A stretch of 64,000 nucleotides of DNA from an uncultured bacterium (GTDB taxonomy: Bacteria > Patescibacteriota > Minisyncoccia > UBA6257 > GWB1-50-10), in the NCBI GenBank assembly GCA_903827975.1, contig CAIKKG010000005.1, positions 372-64,371 of the forward strand. Reading direction: 5' to 3'. Of this stretch, positions 35,744 through 45,178 are shown piece by piece. The notes beneath the pieces are model-generated. The model was not told where the DNA came from and did no database searches. It worked only from the letters and a program-made list of their open reading frames with translations. A program made the translations under genes and the position numbers. Every line of letters starts with the position of its first letter. The first letter of the stretch is position 1.

Positions 35744-37147
35744 TTATTTTATATAAGAAAGTAAAAGATAGGCGATAAAGTACCAGTAGAAAACGGTTGC
35801 TCCACCCATCATTATATTGGTGAATATCCCAGGTCTCAGTTCTTTTTCTAACTTAGTATTATTTAAGTAGATAAGAACAGGCGTATATATTCCCATTGTT
35901 ATTCCTCCAAGCGCTGCGCTTATTGTGAGAAGTACAAGTGGCTGTTGCATCGGAAGTAGAAGCGCACTTGTAAATACAAGAATCACAATTGATGAGTAGT
36001 ATAATTTGCTCGCAGGTATTTCTTTGAATAATGTAAGATATTTTTTAAATGGACCTATATGAGAGTTTACATATATGATGTCGCTCACAATGCGAGTGAA
36101 TGCATCGAGTACTGTCCACATAACAGAGAAGAGCATTAAGAATGCCATTATGAGAAATACATTTGCACCAATTGGTCCCATAGAGTCTCCGAATATATGT
36201 GCCTGCACTACAGCAATATTTAATCCGTCAGGCACCAATCCTTTTGGAGTTAGTGTCGCATACGCATTTACACTTAAGAGTAATAGAGTTGTAAGTCCGA
36301 GAAACCAGAAAATAATTCCCTGATCTATGCGTATAAAGCGCATCCACTTTTTCCAACGTGAAATATTCTCATCATTTATATCGAACCTATAACTTGTTAT
36401 GGATACTGATTCGTTTTTCCCAGTAATCGGATTAATTATGCGCCCGACGTATTTTCCCATACCAGTCTGCTTATCCCTGTACCAGAGTGATGTGCATAGA
36501 TTTAACATTCCTCCCGCACCCGCAAATACTATTGCACCAAGGAAGACCGCCATATCAATTCCCTTTGGAAAGAAACCAAAATTTAATATTCCTTTGAACA
36601 TTCCACTGAAGTCTGTTGTTGATACGTTATAGAAACTAGAAACAAGAAGAAGTAGAAAAAATGTCGGGACAATTATTTTTAGGGTTTTTTCAAGTATCTG
36701 ATACGCAATTTTTCCTGAGAATGTTAATACGAGCACACCAAGAAGACTTACGAATGCCCAAGAAATATAATTTCCAAATCCGAAGAGTTCTTTAAGTATT
36801 GTGCCTATCGTGCTTGCCCAACCTGGCCAGACATAAAGCATTACGCTTGATATGATCCAGAACGGTGCAAACCACTTGAGCATTCTTGAGGTTGATGTAA
36901 AGAAGCTCTCTCCAGTCGCAATCGAGTGTCTAGCAACCTCCTGATTGATAAAGTATTGAAATGTAATTCCAAGAAGTGCTGCCCACAATACACCAAATCC
37001 AAACTTGGTCACTAGGTGTGGCCACATAATAAGCTCACCCGTACCAATTGAGAGGCCAACAATCACAACGCCAACACCAAGCGCATCCTTCCAGTGCGGT
37101 GGTGGTGGAAGTTCTCTTGTTTCAAATTCTCCATAATCCTGAGTCAT
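35744..37147 (-). CDS. Nramp-related (APC superfamily) transporter
   Basis: LGVGVVIVGLSIGTGELIMWP...RHSIATGES; ~11 TM. Confidence 0.75.
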   Translation of the reverse strand: MTQDYGEFETRELPPPPHWKDALGVGVVIVGLSIGTGELIMWPHLVTKFGFGVLWAALLGITFQYFINQEVARHSIATGESFFTSTSRMLKWFAPFWIISSVMLYVWPGWASTIGTILKELFGFGNYISWAFVSLLGVLVLTFSGKIAYQILEKTLKIIVPTFFLLLLVSSFYNVSTTDFSGMFKGILNFGFFPKGIDMAVFLGAIVFAGAGGMLNLCTSLWYRDKQTGMGKYVGRIINPITGKNESVSITSYRFDINDENISRWKKWMRFIRIDQGIIFWFLGLTTLLLLSVNAYATLTPKGLVPDGLNIAVVQAHIFGDSMGPIGANVFLIMAFLMLFSVMWTVLDAFTRIVSDIIYVNSHIGPFKKYLTLFKEIPASKLYYSSIVILVFTSALLLPMQQPLVLLTISAALGGITMGIYTPVLIYLNNTKLEKELRPGIFTNIMMGGATVFYWYFIAYLLLSYIK

Positions 37148-37209
37148 TTCTTTATTATAAACTATGCCAAATAGTGGAAATTATTTTTTCTGGTGGTACA
37201 ATGGCGTTA

Positions 37210-37896
37210 ATGAAAAAAGTTGCCATATTCGACATTGACGGGACTATTTTCCGCTCAAGTCTACTGATAGAGATTACAGAGGCTCTTATCCAGGAGGGGA
37301 TTTTTCCTGAGAAAGCAGAAAAGATTTATTCTGGCGCATTCAAGAATTGGTTGGATAGAAAGGGAAGCTATGATGAGTATATTCATGGAGTTATTGATGC
37401 GTTTGAGAAGTATATTGTAGGAATCAAGGAGTCAGATTTTTCCCGAATTGCAAAACGCGTTGTAGCATTTCATAAAAACAGAGTTTATAGATTTACACGA
37501 GACCTTGTTGCTGAATTACATGAGAAAAATTATTACATCATAGCAATCTCAAACTCACCAAAGGAGACGGTTGATGAGTTCTGTAAGACGATGGGTTTCG
37601 ATAGATCATATGGGCGTATTTATGCAACAGACAAAAACGGAAAATTAAATGGTGAGACATTGCACCTTGAATTAATGAGAGATAAGGCGAAGCTTCTTAA
37701 ATTTATTGCGAAGGAACATGGTTTTTCTCTAAAGGGTTCTGTGGGTGTGGGTGATTCAGAAGCTGACATTCCATTTTTGAAACTTGTAGATAGACCGATA
37801 TGTTTTAACCCTAACAGTAAATTATATGCGCATGCGCGCCGAGCAGGTTGGGAGATTGTGGTTGAGCGCAAGGATGTCGTTTATCATCTCCAATAA
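37210..37896 (+). CDS. HAD-IB family hydrolase
   Basis: FDIDGT, ISNS, GDSEAD, CFNP; start moved to 37210. Confidence 0.9.
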   Translation: MKKVAIFDIDGTIFRSSLLIEITEALIQEGIFPEKAEKIYSGAFKNWLDRKGSYDEYIHGVIDAFEKYIVGIKESDFSRIAKRVVAFHKNRVYRFTRDLVAELHEKNYYIIAISNSPKETVDEFCKTMGFDRSYGRIYATDKNGKLNGETLHLELMRDKAKLLKFIAKEHGFSLKGSVGVGDSEADIPFLKLVDRPICFNPNSKLYAHARRAGWEIVVERKDVVYHLQ

Positions 37897-37916
37897 TTTG
37901 TAATAAATAAAACTAA

Positions 37917-39761
37917 TTAATGCGCCCTAAAAAGGCGCATTGAGTTTGCTATTGGTATAAAGTCTGTCATGAAGTTATATGCAGCCGCGCCCTCGGGTCC
38001 CAAAATATGCATTGATACAAGTACAAGGCCAACTATATTTACAGAGCCCCATATCGCAAAATTTTGTTTTACAACACGCATAGTGTCGCGTCCGAGTTCT
38101 ATCATCTCAGGGATTTTTGCAAAGTCATCCTTCATTAGTGCAACGTCAGCCGCCTCAATTGCTGAGTCTGAGCCAATCGTTCCCATCGCAATTCCAATAT
38201 CAGCAAGAGAAAGTGCAGCTGCGTCGTTTACGCCATCTCCAACCATAGCCAATCTTTTTTTAGGGTTTGCACTTAGCTTTACATACTCAAGTTTTTCTTC
38301 TGGGAGCATGTGCGCGTGGTACTCTGTTATTCCTACGCTTGATGCTATGCGCGAAGCGACATTCTCATTGTCTCCCGTAAGCATAACGATTGACTCAACG
38401 CCAAGAGTTTTTAGTTTCTGAATAGCAGTTTTTACATCTGGACGAAGTTCGTCTGCTGATGTTATTATTCCGACAACCTTTGAGTCTAGTCCAAATATGG
38501 TTACGTTTAATCCAGCCTTTTCAGCCGTAATTAGTCTTTCTCGAATCTCAGCATCAAATACGACACCCGTCGATTCTACGAATAAAGCATTTCCTGAGAC
38601 TATTGTTTTGGTTCCGAGCTTGGCCCGCATTCCTTTACCTGGAAGTTCCTCAACATTGTCAGGTTTTTCAATTTTTGTTTTCTCACGTTTTAAATATTCA
38701 ACAATCGCACGGGACACCGGGTGACTTGAATAGACCGCGGTCATCCCAGCATATTTAAGAAGCTCTTCTTTTGTTATGCCATTAAATGTGTGTACCTCAT
38801 GAACAATTAATTTTCCAAAGGTTAGCGTGCCAGTTTTATCAACGATTATTGTTTTAACATTTGCGAGTCCTTCCAAGAAATTACTTCCTTTTATTATGAC
38901 TCCACGGTGCGCCGCGTTTGCAATGCTTGCTAGGAAGCCCATCGGTATTGCTATCGCAATATCATCAGCACATGCAACAAGTAGAAGTGAGAGAAGTAGG
39001 GGAATGTCCTGAAATATTATGTATACGGCAACTGAACAGATAAGGGTGAAAATTATATACCACTTAGCAAATGAGTCTGCGACTGTTTTTATTCGCGCTT
39101 TATTTTTTTGAGCATTTTCTATAAGAGATATTATGTGTTCAAGTGTAGTATCTTTTCCGACACGTTCCGCACGAACCGTGAGCGTTCCTGAAGAAAGTAG
39201 TGTTCCACTCCAGACCTTCTCACCGATTATTTTAGTAATTGGAATTGACTCGCCCGTAAGAGATGACTGATCAACCTCACCGGTACCGTCCACAACAACA
39301 CCATCAATCGCAATTCGTTCTCCCATCTCTATAATTACCACATCACTTAATGAGACTGATTCTGTTGGAATATCTTCAACTGAATCACCACGCCTCACTC
39401 TTATTGTTTTTGGGCGAAGTTTTAGAATACTTCTAATTGCACTATGTGTGCGCGCTGCGGTGTAATAATCAAAAAGACGCGCAGAGGTGAGCATTAGGTT
39501 TATGAATGTGGCAGAACCCCACTCGTTAGATAGGATTGCAGCAATAAGGGCTACACTAGCAAGAAGGTCAACTGAAACAACCTTATTTTTTAGAGATTTA
39601 AAAGCGCTAAAAGCAACCGGAATAAGCCCACTAAGGGAGGCAATAAGAAGTATCGCGCTATCTATTGAGGGCGGAATTACTTTTAGTGAGTGAAGTATTA
39701 AAAGTATTAAAAAAGATACGAAGAGTGATATATCAAATAGTGGTTTTTTTGGTTCATCCAT
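37917..39761 (-). CDS. P1B-type heavy-metal-translocating ATPase, no N-terminal metal-binding domain
   Basis: TGES, DKTGT, SHP, MLTGD, GDGVND; CADD replaces CPx. Confidence 0.92.
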   Translation of the reverse strand: MDEPKKPLFDISLFVSFLILLILHSLKVIPPSIDSAILLIASLSGLIPVAFSAFKSLKNKVVSVDLLASVALIAAILSNEWGSATFINLMLTSARLFDYYTAARTHSAIRSILKLRPKTIRVRRGDSVEDIPTESVSLSDVVIIEMGERIAIDGVVVDGTGEVDQSSLTGESIPITKIIGEKVWSGTLLSSGTLTVRAERVGKDTTLEHIISLIENAQKNKARIKTVADSFAKWYIIFTLICSVAVYIIFQDIPLLLSLLLVACADDIAIAIPMGFLASIANAAHRGVIIKGSNFLEGLANVKTIIVDKTGTLTFGKLIVHEVHTFNGITKEELLKYAGMTAVYSSHPVSRAIVEYLKREKTKIEKPDNVEELPGKGMRAKLGTKTIVSGNALFVESTGVVFDAEIRERLITAEKAGLNVTIFGLDSKVVGIITSADELRPDVKTAIQKLKTLGVESIVMLTGDNENVASRIASSVGITEYHAHMLPEEKLEYVKLSANPKKRLAMVGDGVNDAAALSLADIGIAMGTIGSDSAIEAADVALMKDDFAKIPEMIELGRDTMRVVKQNFAIWGSVNIVGLVLVSMHILGPEGAAAYNFMTDFIPIANSMRLFRAH

Positions 39762-39814
39762 TGTTATATTTTACATCTTTCTCTTTTTTGATGCGATGAT
39801 ATAATGGAAGGATA

Positions 39815-40126
39815 ATGGATACAATCTACAATATAAGAGATATAAAAGGGCATAACATCGGAAGGGTGGATGATAATTGCATTGTATTTGATTTGCACGG
39901 CAAGAAGGTTGGTCATATTTCAAATGATGGATATGTGTTTGATGCAAAGAACGATAAGGCTGGGCACGTTGGACCTGACGGCAAGGTGCATGACGATATG
40001 ATGAAGCACGTTGGTATTGTTCGAGATGACGGTTCAGCACTTGATATGATGGGTCATGTTGTTGGTAAGGCAATTCCTCCGCATATGCAGTTTGCTGGCG
40101 CGGCCTTCCTACTCCTTTTTAGATAA
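39815..40126 (+). CDS. Small protein with ~17-aa repeats
   Basis: Repeating Dxx(G)xxxGxV units. Confidence 0.7.
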   Translation: MDTIYNIRDIKGHNIGRVDDNCIVFDLHGKKVGHISNDGYVFDAKNDKAGHVGPDGKVHDDMMKHVGIVRDDGSALDMMGHVVGKAIPPHMQFAGAAFLLLFR

Positions 40127-40193
40127 AATAAAATCCGGCAGAAATGTCGGATTTTTTTGTTATTTGGGTTGGTGGTATTATGCATACATATAT

Positions 40194-43175
40194 ATGCAAG
40201 GAGATGAATTCGAAAAACGATATAGTTTATTAAATACGGAGCAAAAGGAGGCGGTGGATGCTGTTGAGGGTCCTGTTATGGTTGTCGCGGGTCCTGGCAC
40301 TGGCAAGACACAGATACTCACGCTTCGAATCGCCAACATTCTTAGAAATACAGACACTAACCCTGGGAATATTTTAGCGCTAACTTTTACAGAGGCTGGA
40401 GTAAGTACTATGCGCCGAAGGCTTTTAGAATTTATCGGGGCTGACGCATATTCAGTCGGCATTAATACATTTCATGGATTTTGTAATGGAGTAATTAAAG
40501 AGTACCCAGAAGAGTTTCCACGCATCATAGGCTCAGAGAGTATTACAGAAGTTGATCAGATTTCACTTATTGAGGAAATAATAACTTCTACAACCTTACC
40601 GATATTAAAACCTTTTGGCGAGCCACTTCATCACGTGCGCGGAATTTTGAAAGCAATAAACGATTTGAAGCGCGAGGGAATAGATCCAGAGCAGTTTATT
40701 GAGATTATAAAAAAAGAGAAAGAACGATTTTTTGAAACACCAGATCTATATCACGAGAAAGGTGTACACAAAGGTAAGATGAAGGGCGAGTTCAAAGATG
40801 AGTTAAAACATATTGAGAAAAATGAAGAGCTTTGTATTTTGTATGGCGCTTATGAAGAAAAACTTAGCACGCGTCGGATGTATGACTATGGGGATATGAT
40901 TATGGAGGTTCTTCATGCGCTTACAAATAATGGTGATTTGCTTTTAATTTTGCAGGAAAAACATCAGTATATTTTGGTTGATGAGCATCAGGACACAAAC
41001 AACGCGCAAAATAAAATTCTTGAACTTCTTGCCAACTTCCATGAGAATCCGAATATATTTGTAGTGGGTGATGAGAAGCAGGCAATTTTTAGATTTCAGG
41101 GCGCCTCATTACAGAATTTTTTGCATTTTAAAGAACTATATCCGGAGGCTAAGCTTATTGTCCTTCAGGAAAATTACAGGTCTTCTCAACTTATATTGGA
41201 CTCAGCACACTCACTTATTGAGAGTAAAAAAGTATTGCATGCAAATACAACTAATAAGAATGAGTTGGTTCATCTTTTTGAATTTTCAAGGCCTGAGGTT
41301 GAGTCACATTTTTTGGCCGAGGATATAAGAAAGAAACTTGATGCTGGGTGTGCGCCGTCAGACATAGCAGTTTTGTACAGAAATAATCGTGACGCACTTC
41401 CGCTCGTTCCAGAACTTGAGCGAGCTGGTGTGCCTTTCGTTATTGAGTCAGACGAGAATGTTTTAAGTGATCTTGATATACGCAAGATAATTGTATTGTT
41501 AAGAGCGATAAATGAGTTCGGTGAGGATTCGCGTGTTGCCGAGGCAATGCATATAGATTTCTTAAAGCTTGATCCACTTGATGTGTACAGGGTTATACGA
41601 GCCTCACGTGATTTACGCGCACCACTTTACGACGTTCTTCGCTCAGAGAAAGTTTTGCGCGAATTAAATCTTGAGAATGCTGACGCAATAAAACTTTTTT
41701 ACGGTAAGTTGAAAGAACTTTCAGTTGCTGGGAAAAACAAAGGGCTTCAGGAATTTTTTGGAATGGTTTTGCGCGAGTCAGGATTTTTGTCATATGCGCT
41801 TGGTCATGAGGACATGATTCAGAAAATGGAGAGGGTTAATGGATTTTTTGATGAGATACAGAAGTTAACAGAAAGAAAGCCAGACACAAAGCTTAGCGAG
41901 TTTTTGTCTTACATTGCTACAATTGAGGCTAATAAAATTCTCATTAAGAAAAGTTCGTTCTCCGCATTTGGGAATCGTGTCCGTCTTATGACCGCACACA
42001 AATCAAAAGGGCAGGAGTTTGAGTATGTATATATGATAGGTGCGTTTGATGGTCACTGGGGTAATAAAAAAAATAAGGATTCAATTAAATTGCCGGGTTC
42101 CGTGTTCTCGCTCTCTCAAGATTTAAAAATTGAAAATAATTCTATAGACGATGAGCGTAGACTTTTCTATGTCTCTCTAACGCGTGCAAAAAAGTCCGTC
42201 ACTATTTCGTATGCAAAAGAAAGTATATCTGGACGAGAGCAGCTGCCGACACAATTTCTTAGTGAGATGAAGGCGGAACTTATTGAGAATTGCGATACAA
42301 GTAATTTTGAGAAAGAGTTTTCAGATCATAAGGAGTTATTATTTGCACCAACTGCGCCGTCACACGCGAGTATAAAAGATAAGGAATTCATTCGTAATCT
42401 TTTTGCTGAGCGTGGACTCTCTGCGACAGCTCTTAATAATTATCTTGATTGTCCTTGGAAATATTTTTATCAGAACCTTATTCGAATTCCTTCGGCCAAA
42501 GAGCCACATCAATTATTTGGAACCGCAATTCATGCGGCACTTGATGATTTTTTCAGCTCATTTTCTGAGGGTGGTAAATCAACAAAGCAATATTTATTGG
42601 ATAGATTTGCATTCCATTTTGATAGGCAGTCATTTTTGGAGAGTGATAAGGCTGATTATATGGCGCGTGGTGAGAAGGCACTCTCTGGTTATTTTGATTC
42701 ATATCACGCAACCTGGGCAACAAACGTAAAGACGGAGTTTGATGTTAAAGGTATTCTATTTACGCCAGAAATTGCTCTTTCTGGAAAGCTAGATAAATTA
42801 GAGTTTGCTGATGATATGCGCGAGGTTAACGTTGTTGATTATAAAACTGGCAAGCCAAAGACGCGCGGAGTTATTGAGGGAACGACAGAGAGTTCAAATG
42901 GAAATATAAAGAGGCAGTTAGTTTTCTATAAAATTTTATTAGACCGTTATGAGAAAGGAAAATATCATATGGTTTCGGCTGATATTGATTTTGTTGAGCC
43001 GGATGATAAGGGACGTTATAAGAAAGAGCGATTTTACGTGACTGACGAGGAGGTGAGTGAATTGAGTGATACTATTACTCGCGTAGTTGCAGAAATCCAC
43101 GCACTTTCATTTTGGGAGACTCGATGTGGAGAAGAAAAATGTGAGTTTTGTAAGTTGAGAGATATGATGGGCTAA
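40194..43175 (+). CDS. UvrD/PcrA-family helicase fused to C-terminal PD-(D/E)xK nuclease
   Basis: AGPGTGKT, VDEHQD, GDEKQAIFRFQGA, HKSKGQEF, ERRLFYV; CPWKY...GKLDKL..VDYKTG...CGEEKCEFC. Confidence 0.93.
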   Translation: MQGDEFEKRYSLLNTEQKEAVDAVEGPVMVVAGPGTGKTQILTLRIANILRNTDTNPGNILALTFTEAGVSTMRRRLLEFIGADAYSVGINTFHGFCNGVIKEYPEEFPRIIGSESITEVDQISLIEEIITSTTLPILKPFGEPLHHVRGILKAINDLKREGIDPEQFIEIIKKEKERFFETPDLYHEKGVHKGKMKGEFKDELKHIEKNEELCILYGAYEEKLSTRRMYDYGDMIMEVLHALTNNGDLLLILQEKHQYILVDEHQDTNNAQNKILELLANFHENPNIFVVGDEKQAIFRFQGASLQNFLHFKELYPEAKLIVLQENYRSSQLILDSAHSLIESKKVLHANTTNKNELVHLFEFSRPEVESHFLAEDIRKKLDAGCAPSDIAVLYRNNRDALPLVPELERAGVPFVIESDENVLSDLDIRKIIVLLRAINEFGEDSRVAEAMHIDFLKLDPLDVYRVIRASRDLRAPLYDVLRSEKVLRELNLENADAIKLFYGKLKELSVAGKNKGLQEFFGMVLRESGFLSYALGHEDMIQKMERVNGFFDEIQKLTERKPDTKLSEFLSYIATIEANKILIKKSSFSAFGNRVRLMTAHKSKGQEFEYVYMIGAFDGHWGNKKNKDSIKLPGSVFSLSQDLKIENNSIDDERRLFYVSLTRAKKSVTISYAKESISGREQLPTQFLSEMKAELIENCDTSNFEKEFSDHKELLFAPTAPSHASIKDKEFIRNLFAERGLSATALNNYLDCPWKYFYQNLIRIPSAKEPHQLFGTAIHAALDDFFSSFSEGGKSTKQYLLDRFAFHFDRQSFLESDKADYMARGEKALSGYFDSYHATWATNVKTEFDVKGILFTPEIALSGKLDKLEFADDMREVNVVDYKTGKPKTRGVIEGTTESSNGNIKRQLVFYKILLDRYEKGKYHMVSADIDFVEPDDKGRYKKERFYVTDEEVSELSDTITRVVAEIHALSFWETRCGEEKCEFCKLRDMMG

Positions 43176-43221
43176 TTGGTTTTAGTTTTCTTATGATTGT
43201 TTTTGTGGTATTAGTGTATGT

Positions 43222-43980
43222 ATGAATGGTAAGAAAAATACGTCATGGGGTGGGGTCGCCGAATGGTATAGCGAACTTCTTGGTAAGGAGGGGACATATC
43301 AAAAAGAGGTGGTTCTACCAAATCTTTTGAGAATGATGAATCTCCAAAAAGGCGAGACCATACTTGATCTTGCGTGCGGAGAGGGATTTTTTTCGCGCGC
43401 ATTTGCCGAGTTTGATGTTAAGATAATTGGCGTTGATGTTGCAAGAAATTTAATTGATATAGCAAAGAAGACACCAAGTAAACGAATTGCATATAAGGTT
43501 TCAGCCGCACACAAGCTTGAATTTTTAGATTCTGGAAGTATTGATAAGGTAGCAATCATACTATCTGTTCAGAACATGGAGGATATACAGAAAGTATTTG
43601 CCGAGTGTGCGCGCGTTTTGAAGGTTGGCGGAACAATGCACATGGTTATGAATCATCCAGCCTTTCGCGTTCCAAAGCGTTCAAGTTGGGGTTGGGATGA
43701 GAAGGAGCTTGCACAGTACAGGAGACTAGATGCATATATGTCAGAAAGCACCGAGAAGATTCAGATGCATCCTGGAGATAAACCGTCTGAGTACACGTTG
43801 TCATTCCACAGACCGCTTCAGGTGTATTTTAAAAATTTAAAAAAGAGCGGACTTCTTGTCCGTGGATTAGAAGAGTGGATTTCAAATAGGAAAAGCGAGC
43901 CCGGTCCAAGAGCAGGTGAGGAAAATAGAATCCGTAAGGAGATACCACTTTTTCTTACATTAGAAATTGTAAAGGTGTAA
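43222..43980 (+). CDS. Class I SAM-dependent methyltransferase
   Basis: ILDLACGEG, GVD, RVLKVGG. Confidence 0.9.
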   Translation: MNGKKNTSWGGVAEWYSELLGKEGTYQKEVVLPNLLRMMNLQKGETILDLACGEGFFSRAFAEFDVKIIGVDVARNLIDIAKKTPSKRIAYKVSAAHKLEFLDSGSIDKVAIILSVQNMEDIQKVFAECARVLKVGGTMHMVMNHPAFRVPKRSSWGWDEKELAQYRRLDAYMSESTEKIQMHPGDKPSEYTLSFHRPLQVYFKNLKKSGLLVRGLEEWISNRKSEPGPRAGEENRIRKEIPLFLTLEIVKV

Positions 43981-43991
43981 TATATAAATAT

Positions 43992-44501
43992 ATGAGTGAG
44001 ATAGAAAATAAAAACGAAAAAACGAAAGCCGAAGAAGTTTTCTCGGAAAAGGTTACTAGGTTGATTGGTTCAACTGGTTCTCTTGTCGTACATACAATTC
44101 TTTTTGCTGGAGCGATAGGTCTAATATTTTTTGGAGTCTCAACCGACTCAGTTCTTTTAGTATTAACGACAATCGTCTCACTGGAGGCAATTTATCTTTC
44201 CATTTTTATTCAGATTACAGTTAATCGTCATGCAGAAAGTTTGGAGGATGTTGAGGAAGATTTGGACGAGATTCAGGAAGACGTGAAAGAAATTTCCGAA
44301 GACGTTGATGAGATTTCAAAAGATATTGATGAGATTCAGGAAGACGTTGATGAGATTTCAAAAGATATTGATGAGATTCAGGAAGACGTTGATGAGATTC
44401 AGGAGCATGATGAGGAGGAGGAGAAAGCATCTTTTGATAAGATTGAGACACTTCTTAAAAAAGCTGTTGAGGATTTAGAGAGACTTAAAAAACAGCAGTA
44501 A
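43992..44501 (+). CDS. DUF1003-like membrane protein with acidic heptad-repeat coiled coil
   Basis: LTTIVSLEAIYLSIFIQ, then DVDEISK/DIDEIQE repeats. Confidence 0.75.
   Translation: MSEIENKNEKTKAEEVFSEKVTRLIGSTGSLVVHTILFAGAIGLIFFGVSTDSVLLVLTTIVSLEAIYLSIFIQITVNRHAESLEDVEEDLDEIQEDVKEISEDVDEISKDIDEIQEDVDEISKDIDEIQEDVDEIQEHDEEEEKASFDKIETLLKKAVEDLERLKKQQ
44298..44399 (+). repeat. Perfect 42-bp tandem repeat (about 2.4 copies)
   Basis: GAAGACGTTGATGAGATTTCAAAAGATATTGATGAGATTCAG at 44298 and 44340, partial at 44382. Confidence 0.95.
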
Positions 44502-44521
44502 TAATTTGCAATAGAGTTAAT

Positions 44522-44550
44522 AAAAACCCCCGATATTTTTCGGGGGTTTA
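44522..44550. terminator. Bidirectional terminator
   Basis: AAACCCCCGA-TATTTT-TCGGGGGTTT between convergent genes. Confidence 0.75.
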
Positions 44551-44555
44551 AGTAT

Positions 44556-45035
44556 TTATTCATCGTCTCTTACAATAACAATATAGTCTTCTTTTGCTTC
44601 CCAGACTTTTTTACTGCCGAGAGGGTCTACAAAAACGCTCGCCGCGGTATTTGCATCAATAAGGACCATGGCAACAAAGTAATTTTGTGCATCTCTGAAA
44701 AGGAAGAAGGCCATGTTGCAGTTTTTTGACATCCACTTTCGATTATCCCTCACAAACTCAATAATCTGATTTTGTGTTAAACAAAGTTGATCAAGATTGC
44801 ACGAGATAGATGTAAAAATCTGAACGAATTTGGAGTCGCGCACAAGCTTGAATCCCGCCGTTTGAGTTTTTTCGTTTGAAAAAGACTCCTCGAAGTCAGT
44901 AAAATTCTTGAAATCATCCTCTTTATAAAGAAAAACATCAGAGTCTAATATTTTCTTCTCACCACGAGTTGCTCGAATTACCTTACCGCAACCAAGTATT
45001 GGAGCGACCATGCTCTGCGCAGATTTCCCGTTCAC
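44556..45035 (-). CDS. Hypothetical protein resembling CPR DGR-target-like proteins
   Basis: GTG start with GGAG upstream; LDQLCLTQNQIIEFV...FFLF...YFVAMV...VW. Confidence 0.6.
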   Translation of the reverse strand: MNGKSAQSMVAPILGCGKVIRATRGEKKILDSDVFLYKEDDFKNFTDFEESFSNEKTQTAGFKLVRDSKFVQIFTSISCNLDQLCLTQNQIIEFVRDNRKWMSKNCNMAFFLFRDAQNYFVAMVLIDANTAASVFVDPLGSKKVWEAKEDYIVIVRDDE

Positions 45036-45105
45036 GACAATCTCCTTTTGATTAAGTTTCTATAAAAAGTTTTATCACTAAAAATGATATGTGTCAACGA
45101 ATAGT

Positions 45106-45134
45106 TTGACAAAGCCTGTATTTATGCGTATTCT
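45106..45134 (+). promoter_or_regulatory. Sigma70 promoter of typA
   Basis: TTGACA-17-TATTCT. Confidence 0.7.
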
Positions 45135-45178
45135 TAGGAAGGATAAATTTGGAAAGGCCTCGCGCGAGGCATTTTTAT

